Positions 13,301 to 24,592 of a stretch of 64,000 nt of DNA are shown one piece after another; position 1 is the first letter of the stretch, and every line of letters starts with the position of its first letter. Position numbers and translations under genes: made by a program. This DNA comes from Squalus acanthias (lineage: Eukaryota). The notes under the pieces were generated by a model. The model saw only the letters and a list, made by a program, of their open reading frames with translations. It had not been told where the DNA came from and did not search any database. The stretch spans positions 165,666,001 to 165,730,000 of the forward strand of contig CM059425.1 in assembly GCA_030390025.1 (NCBI GenBank). The letters are read 5' to 3'.

Positions 13301-13618
13301 CGGCAGCACCTCCCAAACCCGCGACCTCTTCCACCTAGAAGGACAAGGGCAGCAGGCGCATGGGAACACCACCACCTCCAAGTTCCCCTCCAAGTCACAC
13401 ATCATCCTGACTTAGAAGTATATTGCCGATCTTTCATCGTCGCTGGGTCAAAATCCTTGAACTCCCTCCCTAACAGCACTGTGGGAGTACCTTCACCACA
13501 CGGATTGCAGCGGTTCAAGAATGCAGCTCACCACCACTTTCTCAAGGGCAATTAGGGATGGGCAATAAATGCTGGCCTTGCCAGCGACGTCCACATCCCA
13601 TAAACGAATAAAAAAAAA
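10384..13618 (+). mobile_element. Single-ORF APE/RT LINE (CR1-Zenon-like by motif) with a tRNA-derived Pol III-type 5' head; copy 1
   Basis: A box 10391-10401 and B box 10456-10465. Then APE (TNIWGL, LTESYL, YRPPS, VGDFN, SDH) and RT (NYRPISLLS, QFGF, DIKAAFDRVWH, VPQGSVLGP, FADD) and YKAQVRSVMEY. Stop at 13553-13555, short 3'UTR with AATAAA, poly(A). Confidence 0.88.
10707..13555 (+). pseudogene. APE/RT polyprotein of the tRNA-headed LINE, with stops and frameshifts
   Basis: Consecutive ORF fragments 10707-11243, 11283-11683, 11641-12413, 12432-12979 and 13040-13555 tile a complete EN-RT protein. Confidence 0.88.
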
Positions 13619-14092
13619 CAACACTCAAGAAGCTCGACACCATACAGGACAAAGCAGCCCGCTTGATTGGCACCCCATCCACCACCTTAAACAATCACTC
13701 CCTCCACCACCGGTGTACTGTGGCTGCAGTGTGTACCATCTACAAGATGCACTGCAGCAACTCGCCAAGGCTTCTTCGGCAGCACCTCCCAAACCCACGA
13801 CCTCTACCATCTAGAAGGACAAGGGCAGCAGGCGCATGGGAACACCACCACCTCCAAGTTCCCCTCCAAGTCACACACCATCCTGACTTGGAAGTATATC
13901 GCCGATCCTTCATCATCGCTGGGTCAAAATCCTTGAATTCCCTCCCTAACAGCACTGTGGGAGTATTTTCACCACACGGACTGCAGCGGTTCCAGAAGGT
14001 AGCTCACCACCTTCTCAAGGGCAACTAGGGATGGGCAATAAATGCTGGCCTTGCCAGCGACGCCCACATCCCATGAATGAATTTTAAAAAAA
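13619..14092 (+). mobile_element. Second, 5'-truncated 3' end of the same LINE family in tandem
   Basis: Repeats ~13143-13618 with scattered substitutions (ORF 13663-14028) and has its own tail. Confidence 0.88.
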
Positions 14093-15652
14093 TGCCGGGA
14101 TGGAAACCATCTGGTCCTGGGGATTTGTCACTCTTTAGTGCCATTATTTTCTTCATTACTGTTATTTTTACTTACATTAATTTTATTGAGTCCCTGTCCC
14201 TGATTTAGTTTCCTTGGGATTTCCAGCATGCTATCCTCTTCCTCTACTGTAAACACTGACGCAAAGTAATTATTCAACATGTCCGCCATTTCGTTATCAT
14301 TAATGACAATATCACCGCTTTCAGTTTTTAAGGGGCCAACATTGCTCCTGACTACCCTCTTTTTCCTAATATAATTGTAAAAAAATGTTGTGTTGATTTT
14401 GATATCCCTTGCAAGTTTCCTTTGGTACTCGCTTTTTGTAGCTCTTAATTTCTGTTTTGACCCTTTGTTGTTCTTTGTATCTTTCCCATTTGCCAGGATC
14501 TGTGCTATTTTTTGCATTTTTGTATGCTTTTTCTTTTAGTTTTATGCTGACCCTTACCTCTTTAGTCGTACGTGGCTGTTTTTTTTGGCAAGTATAGCTC
14601 TTGCCCCTCAGAGGTATAAACTGGTTCTGTATCACCGTAAATTCTTTTTTGAACATCTCCCACTGATCTTCTGTCATTTTACCCATTAACAGATTTACCC
14701 AGTTTACTGTGGACAGTCTCTGTCTCATCCCTTTGAAGTTGGCCTTACCCAAATCTAGAATCTTAGTAGCTGTTCCGCGTTTCTCCCTTTCAAACTCTAC
14801 ATTGAACTTGATCATGTTATGATCGCTATTGGATACATGTTCATGCACAGTTAGGCTGTTAACTAAATCTGGCTCATTACTCATTACTAAATCTAATATG
14901 GCATGCCCCCTTGTTGTCTCTAGGACATATTGTAGGAAACTATCCCGGACTCACTCAAGAAATTCACTACCTTTCTGACAGGTGCTAGTCTGCTTAACCC
15001 AATCTATATGAAAATTAAAATCCCCCATTAAAACCACTCTGCCTTTGCTACATGCTTGTCTAATCTCTGCATTTATACAATCTAGCACTTCACAGCTGCT
15101 ACAAGGGGGCCTATACACAACTCCCACTACAGTCTTAAATCCTTTCCTATTTTCATTCTACCCATAAAGTCTCCACTGCCTGCTTACCTCTCATTATATC
15201 CTCTCTTATCATTGAAGTGATTTCATTCTTAATCACTAAGGCTACTCCTCCCCCTCTGCCATTTTCCCTATCTTTCCGGTAGACCTTATAACCTGGTATA
15301 TTTAGTTCCCAGTCCTGACCGTCTTGCAACCATGTCTCAGTAATGGCTACCATGTCATACACTCCAATTTTAATTTGCGCCTGCAGTTCATTCAATTTAT
15401 TCCTTATACTCCGTGCGTTTGTATAAAGAACGCTTATTTGGGCCACACCTAGCCTGTCCTTCGGCTCTAATGTTTTTCTCACTTGTTTCTTATTTCTCTC
15501 ACCTGGTTTAATCACTTTACATCTTTTAGTTTTCCCTTTACCTGTAGTGCCTAAAGCACAATTTCTGACTGTTGCTCTACTCTCTTCCCTTTCGTTTGTT
15601 TTTGAACTACTATTTTTACTACAATTTCCACCCAAGCCCTCTCCCCCATTTA

Positions 15653-16613
15653 CTAGTTTAAAGTCCTTGTGACCGCCCTATTTATCCTTTCCGCTAGGAC
15701 CCTGGTCCCAGACCGGTTCAGGTGGAGCCTGTCCCAATGGTACAGTTCTTTCCTGTCCCAGTACTGGTGCCAGTGTCCCATGAAATGGAACCCCTCTTTC
15801 CCACACCACTCCTTTAGCCACGTGTTCACCTCCCTAATCTGCTTATCCCTATGCCAATATGCACGTGGCTCAGGTAATAATCCACAGATTATAACCCTTG
15901 AGGCCCTGTTCTTTAATTTAGCTCCTAGTTCCTGGTACTCCCCAAACCGAACCTCTTGCCTACTCTTCCCTATGTTGCTGGTCTCAACATGGACCACAAT
16001 GACTGGATCCTCCCCCCCCCTCTCCAGTATCCTTTCAAGCCGGTTCGAGATGTCCCTTACCCTGGCACCAGGTAGGCAACATACCATGTGGGACTCTCGA
16101 TCCTGCTTACAAAGGATGGTATCTGTCCCCCTAATTATAGAATCCCCTACAATTACCACATTACGCTTCCTCTCCTTGTCCTCCTCCCCCGCTTAGGACA
16201 GCCTCCTGCTCCAAAGTGCCATGGTCCGCATTCTGGCTGTCCTTCTGACAGTCTTTAGCCTTATCCTCACAGGTAGCAAGTACATTGTACCTGTTGGATA
16301 GGATCAGTTTCTGTGGATTGTCATTCTCCTTCTTACCTGGGTTCCCCTTATTCTGCACACTATCGGTCACACCAACCCCGTTCTGATCCTGCACCTCTCT
16401 ACGAGGTGTGACCGAGGTCTGGAGCAAACTGTCCAGATACTCTTCCCCTTTCCTTATGTGTTGGAGTGTCTCCAACTCGCGCTCCAACTCAATGACTCTG
16501 AGCCGGAGAGATTCGAGATGGAGACATCTCCTGCAGACGTGTTCGCTTGGGACAGTCTCGCTGTCCACAAACTCCCACATACTGCAGTCCAGACACACAA
16601 TCTGCTCTGCCAT
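15653..16613 (-). pseudogene. CR1 ORF1 (Cys motif + coiled coil + SGNH esterase domain), frameshifted
   Basis: CLDC..CRRC motif, LRLRVIELERELETL heptads, then IVGDSIIRG..CLPGARV..DRLHLNRSG (SGNH/GDSL blocks). Confidence 0.88.
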
Positions 16614-17207
16614 ATCTTAGTCTAACCTTCTTTTATTTATTTAATTTGTTAAAATCTTTATTCAACGATTATTTATAGTTATAGTAATTAGTTTATCTAG
16701 TTAAGTGTTTAATTTAATAAAGTACATTATAGTTTCCCACTCTTAGTTTAAACCACTGCCTAGCTTATAGAAATAGCAGTCAAGGACATTCAGCCTCGGA
16801 TCTGCGGGTTAGCGTTCTCCAAGGCGGCCTTCGAGACACACGACAACGCAAAATCATCGAGCAGAAACTGATAGCCAAGTTCCGCACCCATGAGGACGGC
16901 CTCAATAGGGATCTCGGGTTCATGTCATGCTACAGAACGTGACTCGACATCGTTGTCTGTCTTTCCAGTTTAAAAAAAAAACACAAAAAAAAACCCAACC
17001 AAAAAAAAACAACCAAAAAAAAAAGTTAAAAGCTCAACTGCAGACGGCAACATTTGACACGTTGGACCCCCTGTGACCCACCTCATTGTCTTAGCTGTAC
17101 TCTGAGGTGTCTTTGATGTAATGCCTTCCTAACAGATTGTATCTCTGCAGACAAATCGCTCTCTGTGTATATATACTGTGTATTAGATTCCCTCACTGTA
17201 CCTCTAC

Positions 17208-17237
17208 CTGACGAAGGGGCAGCAGCTCCGAAAGCTC
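17208..17237 (+). ncRNA. Minimal hammerhead ribozyme motif in the PLE pLTR
   Basis: CTGACGA-A-GGGGC-AGCA-GCTCC-GAAA-GC-TC: conserved CUGANGA/GAAA core, stem II and palindromic helix III. Confidence 0.75.
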
Positions 17238-17259
17238 GTAATTTTAAATAAAACTGTTG

Positions 17260-18032
17260 GGGGTAAAAATTGAGTCGCGCCCCATTTGGGGCGCTAACCT
17301 CGCCGGGGCGCGACTTTTAGCGCCCCGAAAAAATTAGCGGCCCCGCGCCCGAACTTCAGTGGTTGCGCCCCAAGAGGGAAGCGGGGCGCAACTGGAAGCA
17401 CCCCGCATCCCTCTTGGGGCGCTGCGAGGGAATATCCTGGCGCTACGTGCCGCAGCGCCATGCGCTGCGGCACGTCACGCCGCGGTATTGCAGGCCTTCC
17501 TCCCCTTCTTAAAGGGGAGGGACCCTGCGCAGCGCGAACCGGGGCCCAGCTGGGCTCCCAGGGATCGGGAGTGCCGGCAAAAGAGCCCGGCACTCAAGAG
17601 AAGTGCCGGGCTCTTGGAGCGCAGCCGGCACTTCACGGTGGGGGGGCTTCACGGGGGCCGGGGACAGCAACGGGGGCAGGTGTTGGCAGGCGGCCAGCAA
17701 CAAAAATGGCCGCCTGCCACCTCCCCTTTAAATATCGCCGCCCCGGCCGCACGTACGCCTACCTGAACCCGTCGGACATAGCGTCTGGCGGTAAATCAGG
17801 GGGCGCGACTGAAGATCGCGGCTGGAGCGCGAGCGGGGTGCTGCGCACGGCGATGACGTCATCGCCGGCGGCGCAGCGCCACAGGGCGCTACCGGCTGGC
17901 GCCGCCGCTAACCTCCCGCTGAATTTTACGGGAGGCGTGGGCGGCGCTGCGCCCGGGCGTTAGCTGCTTTACGCCCCATTAGCGCCCTCTTAAGGCGCTA
18001 ACGGGAGGCGCAAGCAGCTGAATTTTTCCCCC
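17260..18032 (+). mobile_element. Harbinger-type MITE with family A termini but a different GC-rich interior
   Basis: TIR GGGGTAAAAATT / AATTTTTCCCCC, TSD TTG. Splits the PLE sequence AAAACTGTTG|GACTATAACC. Confidence 0.88.
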
Positions 18033-19804
18033 TTGGACTATAACCTGGTGTTGTGCAACTTCTCATTTTTGTCCACCCCAGTCCAACACCGGCATCTCCG
18101 CATCATAGCTTATAGAAAGAAACGTTAATACTCACCCACCAATCACCTAACTGATGTCCTGTGATGTCACTCCTTGGTTTCTTTTTGTTGTCTTAGAATT
18201 CGCCGGATTTGTACTACTGCCTCCTCCAGTGCCGACTCCTTGCAGGTCCGCGCTGCCTCTCCACCCGCTCTATTTATGGTCTGCCACCTCCTCCAGTGCC
18301 GACTCTTTATCTGTGAGTTGCAGATTGGTATGGTTTCTCACAAAAAAATATAGCTTCATATCACTGTTCTTCAGTTGTCTGCTTTGTGCTAAAGCAGTTT
18401 TGAATTTTCTTAAAGTGTATGGCCACACCCTGTAAATCCTGTATTTATATTGTATATGAATCAGATGGTTTACAATTAATTTGATGGAATGTTATCATTT
18501 TTACAAATTGCCAATGTGTGTACACCACTCAACGGCCGGAATAGATATGTCACAAGCTGACCTGAAATGTCCTTTCCCCTGCAAATGTGAATGATGTCAG
18601 TGCAACTTAAGAAGCTTTAGAAAATTATTCAGAAATTGCAGCTGTTGATTTAAGATCCACAAACTATGTTTTGACAAAGAAGTTTTGGTATTGGTTAATT
18701 GATGGGATTAAGCACGGGTTGTTTACAGATTTAAAAACTACAACAAAATCACTTGTTTTACAAAACAAACATAATGATATAATCCTTGCATAAGAAAGTA
18801 TTAAATTTCATTTTGCATTGGTTATTGCATTCTTCTGCAAAAGTCTATGGGTTAAAAAAAAATCAATGTACGTTTTGCAGTACACTCTCAGTATTAGACA
18901 AAGCCAGCTATAGTGTTTCAGGAAGTGCCTTGCTCATTGCATTATGTGTTTCACTGTCAGGAAATTACAGGCCTTTCCATATGGTATTCAAACACTGATA
19001 AATTACTGCTTTCTCCAACTAGGATCTTTTGTGCCAGTTTATAGCTGATCTTCACTTCATTGTCTCATAAGCTCACTTCCAGTACAACATGACTTTCAAG
19101 GGTCTCATTATTTTTTGATGACTGTGATGGATTGGAAATGAGAATATTACCTGCCCAGGGAACTAGCAGATATGCATGTCATATTTGTCAGCTACAAACC
19201 AGCTCAGCGGAGAGAAGGTTATCAGGGCGTGTGGAAGGAGAGCCATTAAAGTGCTGTTCCATTACTTACATGCTGTCTGATTGGGGAAATATAGGCTAGC
19301 AGGCATAGAGAATTCCCCATGGGAACTATCTTCTGTGTTATGTGCCCATGTATGAAAACGCAAGATGACAGCTAGAACTGGAAGGAGCTTTCAGCAACAG
19401 CTCACTATGTCATTTCATTCTTCACTTCCCTCTCTGTTTCTGTACCTGAGATCAGTTCATTTGTTGACCTTTGAAGGTCTGGGGAGACTTTTCTAAAGTA
19501 AACATTCTCAGTGCAGCTCTGTGGGATGGCTATCAAGGACATCTGAAGCAGAAGATGAGCTTGTTCTTTAAACTACTTAATAAACACATGAAGGAAGGAT
19601 CATTATAGGAGAGCAGTAGTAACAGACAGGAATACTAAGCTAATTTTTCATTATTTTGATCTAAACAGAATGTAACAATGTCATTAAATGAGATTACCAA
19701 CACACATAATTCAAAAAAAGTTTCAAAAACCGCTGAAATATTTGCAGTTCCAACAGCAGAAAATGAAAGAAAGACAAAATGACAAAGTAAATGTAAAGAG
19801 TGCT

Positions 19805-20310
19805 TTTAAAAACTCGGCTGCCCATGCGCCAACTCGCACCAAGTCCCGTTCGCCCATCTCCCCTGTGCTCGCTGACCTACATTGGCTCCCGGTTGAGCAA
19901 CGCCTCGATTTAAAAATTATCATCCTTGTTTTCAATTCCCTCCATGGCCTCGCCGCTCCCTATCTCTCTGATCTCCTCCAGCCCCACAACCCCCCGAGAT
20001 ATCTGCGTTCCTCTAATTCTGCCCTCCTGAGCATCCCTGATTATAATCGCTGAACCATTGGTGGCCGTGGCTTCAGCTGCTTAGGCCTTAAGCTCTGGAA
20101 TTCCCTGCCTAAACCTCTCCGCCTCTCTACCTCTCTTTCCTCCTTTAAGACGCTCCTTAAAACCTACCTCTTTGACCAAGGTCATCTGCCCTAATTTCTC
20201 CTTATGTGGCTCGGTGTCAAATTTTTGTCTTCTAACACTCCTGTGAAGCCTTGGGATGTTTTACTACATTAAATGCGCTATCTAAATACAAGTTGTTGAA
20301 GTTGTTGTTT
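19805..20310 (+). mobile_element. L2 LINE 3' fragment
   Basis: NSAAH..KSRSPISPVLADLHWLPVEQRLDLKIIILVF..LHGLAAPYLSDLL is an L2 ORF2 C-terminus; tail ending in GTTGTTG. Confidence 0.85.
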
Positions 20311-20539
20311 TTAGATTGTTACAATAATTAATTTTAAACTAAGGTAATCAGTATGGGACCCATGAATGCGCCTGCACTGCACTGAACTGACCTCATGCCA
20401 TCATGGTAAGGTCACTGATTTACATAATGTCAGTGCACAGAGCATGACGCACTGAGTAAATGGAGGAGGCAGGTCAGGGGTGGAATTCGGGCACAGCAGC
20501 TTGCAAAGGGTTGCTGCTCACCTTTAAGCTATCCTGGTG

Positions 20540-20787
20540 GAGAAAGGGCTGCAGCAAGTTACAGAACTTAAACTGTTCTTTTCAGTGAAGTTGCTTTGCA
20601 GATGCTGTTACAGAAGGTCCTTGAATGAAGGGTGGTCCTTTTTGGAGCTATGGACCACCCTGAAGTCAAGAGCAGTGGTAGAGCAATCTGGTTAAAGGTG
20701 ACTGATAGGGCCAATAGTGTCACGCCTGTGCAGTGAACTTAGGAGCAGGTGAGGAAGAAATTTGTTGGTCTCAGGAAGATTACCAAA
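20540..20787 (+). pseudogene. Remnant of a Harbinger Myb/SANT-like DNA-binding gene, exon 1
   Basis: Translates FSEVALQMLLQKVLE*RVVLFG..RAIWLKVTDRANSVTPVQ*T*EQVRKKFVGLRKITK, then donor GTAAGT. Confidence 0.65.
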
Positions 20788-20886
20788 GTAAGTACTGCTC
20801 ATATTGTGCTTAATTGCTCAAAGTTGCCTTAAAATGTATCTTATCAATACTTCACTGTAAGCTTAGTGCCGCATCACAGAGATATA

Positions 20887-21779
20887 GGGGTAAAAATTCA
20901 GTTGGTTGCGCCTCCCGTTAGCGCCTTAAGAGGGCGCTAATGGGGCGCAAAGCCGCTAACGCCCGGGCGCAGCGATGTTTGCGCCGCTCGGGAACTTAAC
21001 TAGAGATTGTGCGGCGGCGCTAAAACTTACCGCTGCGACCACCTGCGCGCGCAGATTATGACGTCATTCCATGGTGCAACGCCCTTGTGGCGCCCCGGAG
21101 CGGAAATTGAGTGGCGCCCCCTGCCTTACCGCCTGGCGCATCCAACGACCAGAAGACTGGAACGCTATCAATCGCTGTGGGGCTGGGGGGGGCACTATTT
21201 AAAGGGGGCCTCTTCCTGTCTTTTATTGTTGGTGGCATTTTTGAACTACGCATTCTGAGAGCGAGAGGGAGAGACTTCTGGAGAGATTCAACGTTGTGTG
21301 AAGGAGTTTTGGGTACTGAGCAGCACTTTGTAGGTTCATTTTGATTTGCCATTCCTTGTATCGATTTAGCAGAGACTGTGGGAGCTGCACTCTGAGCTCT
21401 TTGCCTGGTACTCTCCATTGTTCTTTCCAGCACATTTGATGTGCAAGTCTCTCCAGGCCGAGATTCAAGGCTGCAATGAACAGGATGTGGATGGAAAGCA
21501 AGATTAACCATCCCCTTTAAGAACTGGCCCGTGCCATTGTGTGTGTGTTCCATTGCTGACTGACATGACATGAGCTTCGCCAGCGCTCTGAGGTAGCGCC
21601 TCACTCCTTGGCCTTTGCGCCTTAAGACAGGTGTGCAGCGCCTGATTTAGCGCTCCACTCACCTCCCGGGGCGGTAAAAGTGAAGTTTCCAGTCAGTGCC
21701 GATAATTAGCGCCAGGCGCTAATATTTGCGTCCAGACGATATTTGCGCCCCAAATGGGGCGCGACCTAATTTTTACCCC
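20887..21779 (-). mobile_element. Harbinger-type MITE, family A copy 2
   Basis: TIR GGGGTAAAAATT / AATTTTTACCCC, TSD ATA. Reverse complement of the 37213-38090 family. Confidence 0.88.
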
Positions 21780-22139
21780 ATAGTGCCCAGTACTCGGGCA
21801 AACATGTATGCACTTTCAAAATGAACAGGTTTTAAAAGGGTAACATACACTGCTGCCATGACAAAGCAACATGTCCCATTAAAGGTGGCAAGTATCTAAG
21901 TATGCTGTTAACAGTGTACCTGCAAGCTGCATGTTCAGACTTAGTAAAGGTGTCTGCTACCCTGATTTTACCGGCAGGGCCTAATTTGAATGTGAGGCCT
22001 CGGTTTCCCGACCGCAGCCAGCTAGCTTGAGGGAATGGCTGGCTGCGGGTGGGTAGGCCTCAGTTGCGAGGGGTTGGTCCGGCGGAGGGATTGTGGGATC
22101 AGTGGGTCAGGGAGCGTGGGTGGGGGAGGGGTGGTCGGG

Positions 22140-23060
22140 GATTGGCGGGAGGGAGGTCAGGATCGGTGGGAGGGTCGGCAATCAGGAGGGGGGAAGAGAG
22201 GATCGGTAATGGTTGGTAATCGGGAGGGGGGAGAGGATCTGCGAGGGTTGGTAATCGGGAAGGGGGAGAGGATCGGCGAGGGTTGGCAATCGGGAGGGGG
22301 GAGAGGATCGGTAATGGTTGGTAATCGGGAGGGGGGAGAGGATCGGCGAGGGTTGGTAATCAGGAGTGGGGGAGAGGATCGGTAATGGTTGGTAATCAGG
22401 AGGGGGAGAGAGGATCGGTAATGGTTGGTAATCGGGAGGGAGAGAGGATCGGCGAGGGTTGGTAGTCGGGAGGGAGAGAGGATCGGCGAGGGTTGGTAAT
22501 CGGGAGGGGGGGAGAGGATCGGTAATGGTTGGTAATCGGGAGGGGGGAGAGGATCGGTAATGGTTGGTAATCGGGAGGGGGGAGAGGATCGGTAATGGTT
22601 GGTAATCGGGAAGGGGGAGAGGATCGGTAATGGTTGGTAATCGGGAGGGGGGAGAGGATCGGCGAGGGTTGGTAATCGGGAGGGGGAGAGAGGATCGGTA
22701 ATGGTTGGCAATCGGGAGGGGGGAGAGGATCGGTAATGGTTGGTAATCGGGAGGGGGGAGAGGATCGGTAATGGTTGGTAATCGGGAGGGGGGAGAGGAT
22801 CGGCGAGGGTTGGCAATCGGGAGGGGGGAGAGGATCGGTAATGGTTGGCAATCGGGAGGGGGGGAGAGGATCGGTAATGGTTGGTAATCGGGAGGGGGGG
22901 AGAGGATCGGTAATGGTTGGTAATCGGGAGGGGGGAGAGGATCGGCGAGGGTTGGTAATCGGGAGGGGGGAGAGGATCGGTAATGGTTGGTAATCGGGAG
23001 GGGGGAGAGGATCGGTAATGGTTGGCAATCAGGAGGGGGGAGAGGATCGGCGGGGGGGGG
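22140..23060 (+). repeat. G-rich minisatellite, ~35-37 bp unit
   Basis: Roughly 25 units of GAGAGGATCGG(TAAT/CGAG)GGTTGGTAATCGGGAGGGGG. Confidence 0.92.
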
Positions 23061-23339
23061 GTTGCCGGATCGGCAGGTGATGGGGGGTGGTTGGGGATCC
23101 AGGAGGTCAGGGATCGGCAGGCAAGCGGGGATCGCGGGGGGCGGGTGTGGAGGATCAGGGTCGGCCACTGGAGGATCGTTGCCGGCCTCATCAACATCGT
23201 TAGGGGGGGGGATGGTTTGGAATGCGATTGGAGGCCTCGTGGGGGTGGGGGTGGGGGGCGGGGGGCATCTCCAATCGCGGGGGCTGGTTTAGGCAGGGAC
23301 CCTCAATCCGGGAGGGATGTATAAAGCCACTTAGCTCCT

Positions 23340-23631
23340 AGATGCAGCAGTCCCGCCTCTGTTTAACTGCCAGGTTTCATGAATTGTGTGAAACCCATCC
23401 AAAGGCAGTTAAATTCAAAATGGAGTGGAAAAATAGAGGCTTCCAGCCTCATTACAATATTTAAATTGAAGTAACGCCTCCAGGGAGCGGGTTGGTCACC
23501 CGCCCCCCCATTCCGGCTAAACCAGAAGTGGGCGGGTTTGAGGCGGGATCAGGTCGGGAATCCCATTTTTAACAATTTAACTGCCCCCACGCTCTAAACC
23601 CGCCCGTTTTTTGACGGGAAAATTCCAGCCT
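23340..23631. mobile_element. Harbinger-type MITE end (may enclose the minisatellite)
   Basis: Ends GGGAAAATTCCAGCC with subterminal CCCGCC motifs like 646-1480 and 49330-49598. The left terminus was not identified. Confidence 0.5.
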
Positions 23632-23914
23632 ATGGGTATGGAGGTAATAGAGGGATTGGGATGGGGGGAGATTGGAGCCTCGCCCCTCCACTTTTCCAAG
23701 CTCATTATCTAGCATTATCTTTTGACTTTCATTTCTTATCATCTTACTCACTCACTGATTCATGCACTCCTCACACAGGCATACACTGTAGCATAACACA
23801 CAGGCATGTCTTGCCTTTTTTTTTTAAAGAGTTTACTACCATTCTAAGATCTGTTCTCCTATGCTTCTCCAGGTGTCCAAAAGGAGGTGACAGAGAAGGA
23901 GCCACATATAGGCC

Positions 23915-24100
23915 ATTAGTCCCAAACCCAAACCCAGTTGGGATTTTCAAAAATCTGAAAGCTTCATGGTTACTTTTTTACTGATACCAGCTTTTTATTT
24001 CCAGATTTATTTTTAACTCAATGCAAATTCCCAGCTGTCATATTATGGGATCTGGATTACTAGTCCAGTAACATAACCACAACACTATCATACCTGTTTT
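23915..24100 (-). mobile_element. Partial tRNA-head SINE (3770 family)
   Basis: TCTGGATTACTAGTCCAGTAACATAACCAC is the reverse complement of the A box/anticodon arm region. Confidence 0.75.
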
Positions 24101-24592
24101 ACTGTAATGCAGTAGTTATGTTAATGGCCAAGTAGAAATTGGTATGTGTTGCAGCCGTTTTTCAGGCATAAAACGGGCACAAAGGACACCAGTTTAGCAG
24201 TGGGAAGGCCCTGCGCCCAATCTGTGCAAGTGTTGGCCCCACTGCTAAATTTGTGTAGTTATTTTGAAACCTTTTGGATTAGGCTTAAGTTACGCAATAG
24301 GGTTCATTCTGTCGTGCTTTTGGCAGTACTTGTACCCTAATCTATGCTACGGAAACAATTTTGTGGCACACATCACAGTGTTCACCTCTTGCCATTTGTT
24401 GTGGCACATGGTATTTCTGGCATGCTGTCATGGATGGGTCAGGGTCAGGATTAGTACATCACCTGAATCATCAATGTAGACTAATAAAACTTTTGGGAGC
24501 ACACACACCTCCTGTAATGCCCATTTCTCCAGCTTGGAGTGGCATGTAAGTGTTGTGGTGTCATTATTTACTTTTTTTTGATTAAAGGCATT

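Larger units (their letters stand above)
8044..15635 (-). pseudogene. CR1 ORF2 (APE endonuclease + reverse transcriptase), disrupted
   Basis: APE motifs YTNARSIRNK, AITETWL, RGGGVAL, SDHN; RT motifs QHGFVKGRSCLTNL, YMDFQKAFDKV. Frameshifts and insertions present. Confidence 0.9.
16774..18105 (+). mobile_element. Penelope-like element 3' fragment (GIY-YIG C-terminus + pLTR with hammerhead), family P1
   Basis: 16778-16941 translates SQGHSASDLRVSVLQGGLRDTRQRKIIEQKLIAKFRTHEDGLNRDLGFMSCYRT*. 13-bp TSD TAGCTTATAGAAA (16761-16773 and 18106-18118). Confidence 0.85.
7963..18305 (-). mobile_element. Near full-length CR1 LINE (5'UTR, ORF1, ORF2, 3' tail) carrying three nested insertions
   Basis: 3' tail (CCTATGTT)n at ~7963, ORF2 pieces 8044-8781, 8991-9242 and 14128-15635, ORF1 15653-16613, 5'UTR to ~18305. 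Interrupted at 9286-10187, 10384-14092 and 16774-18105. Confidence 0.9.

Noticed and set aside
15653..16159. Host or bacterial SGNH esterase gene
   Set aside because: It is the known esterase domain of CR1 ORF1, directly upstream of ORF2 (also at 42156-42761).
17260..18032. CpG-island promoter or GC-rich genes
   Set aside because: Bounded by TIRs and a TSD; the CpG richness reflects a young MITE.
22157..23197. Pro-rich ORFs of 210-346 aa
   Set aside because: Translations of the minisatellite, open in several frames.
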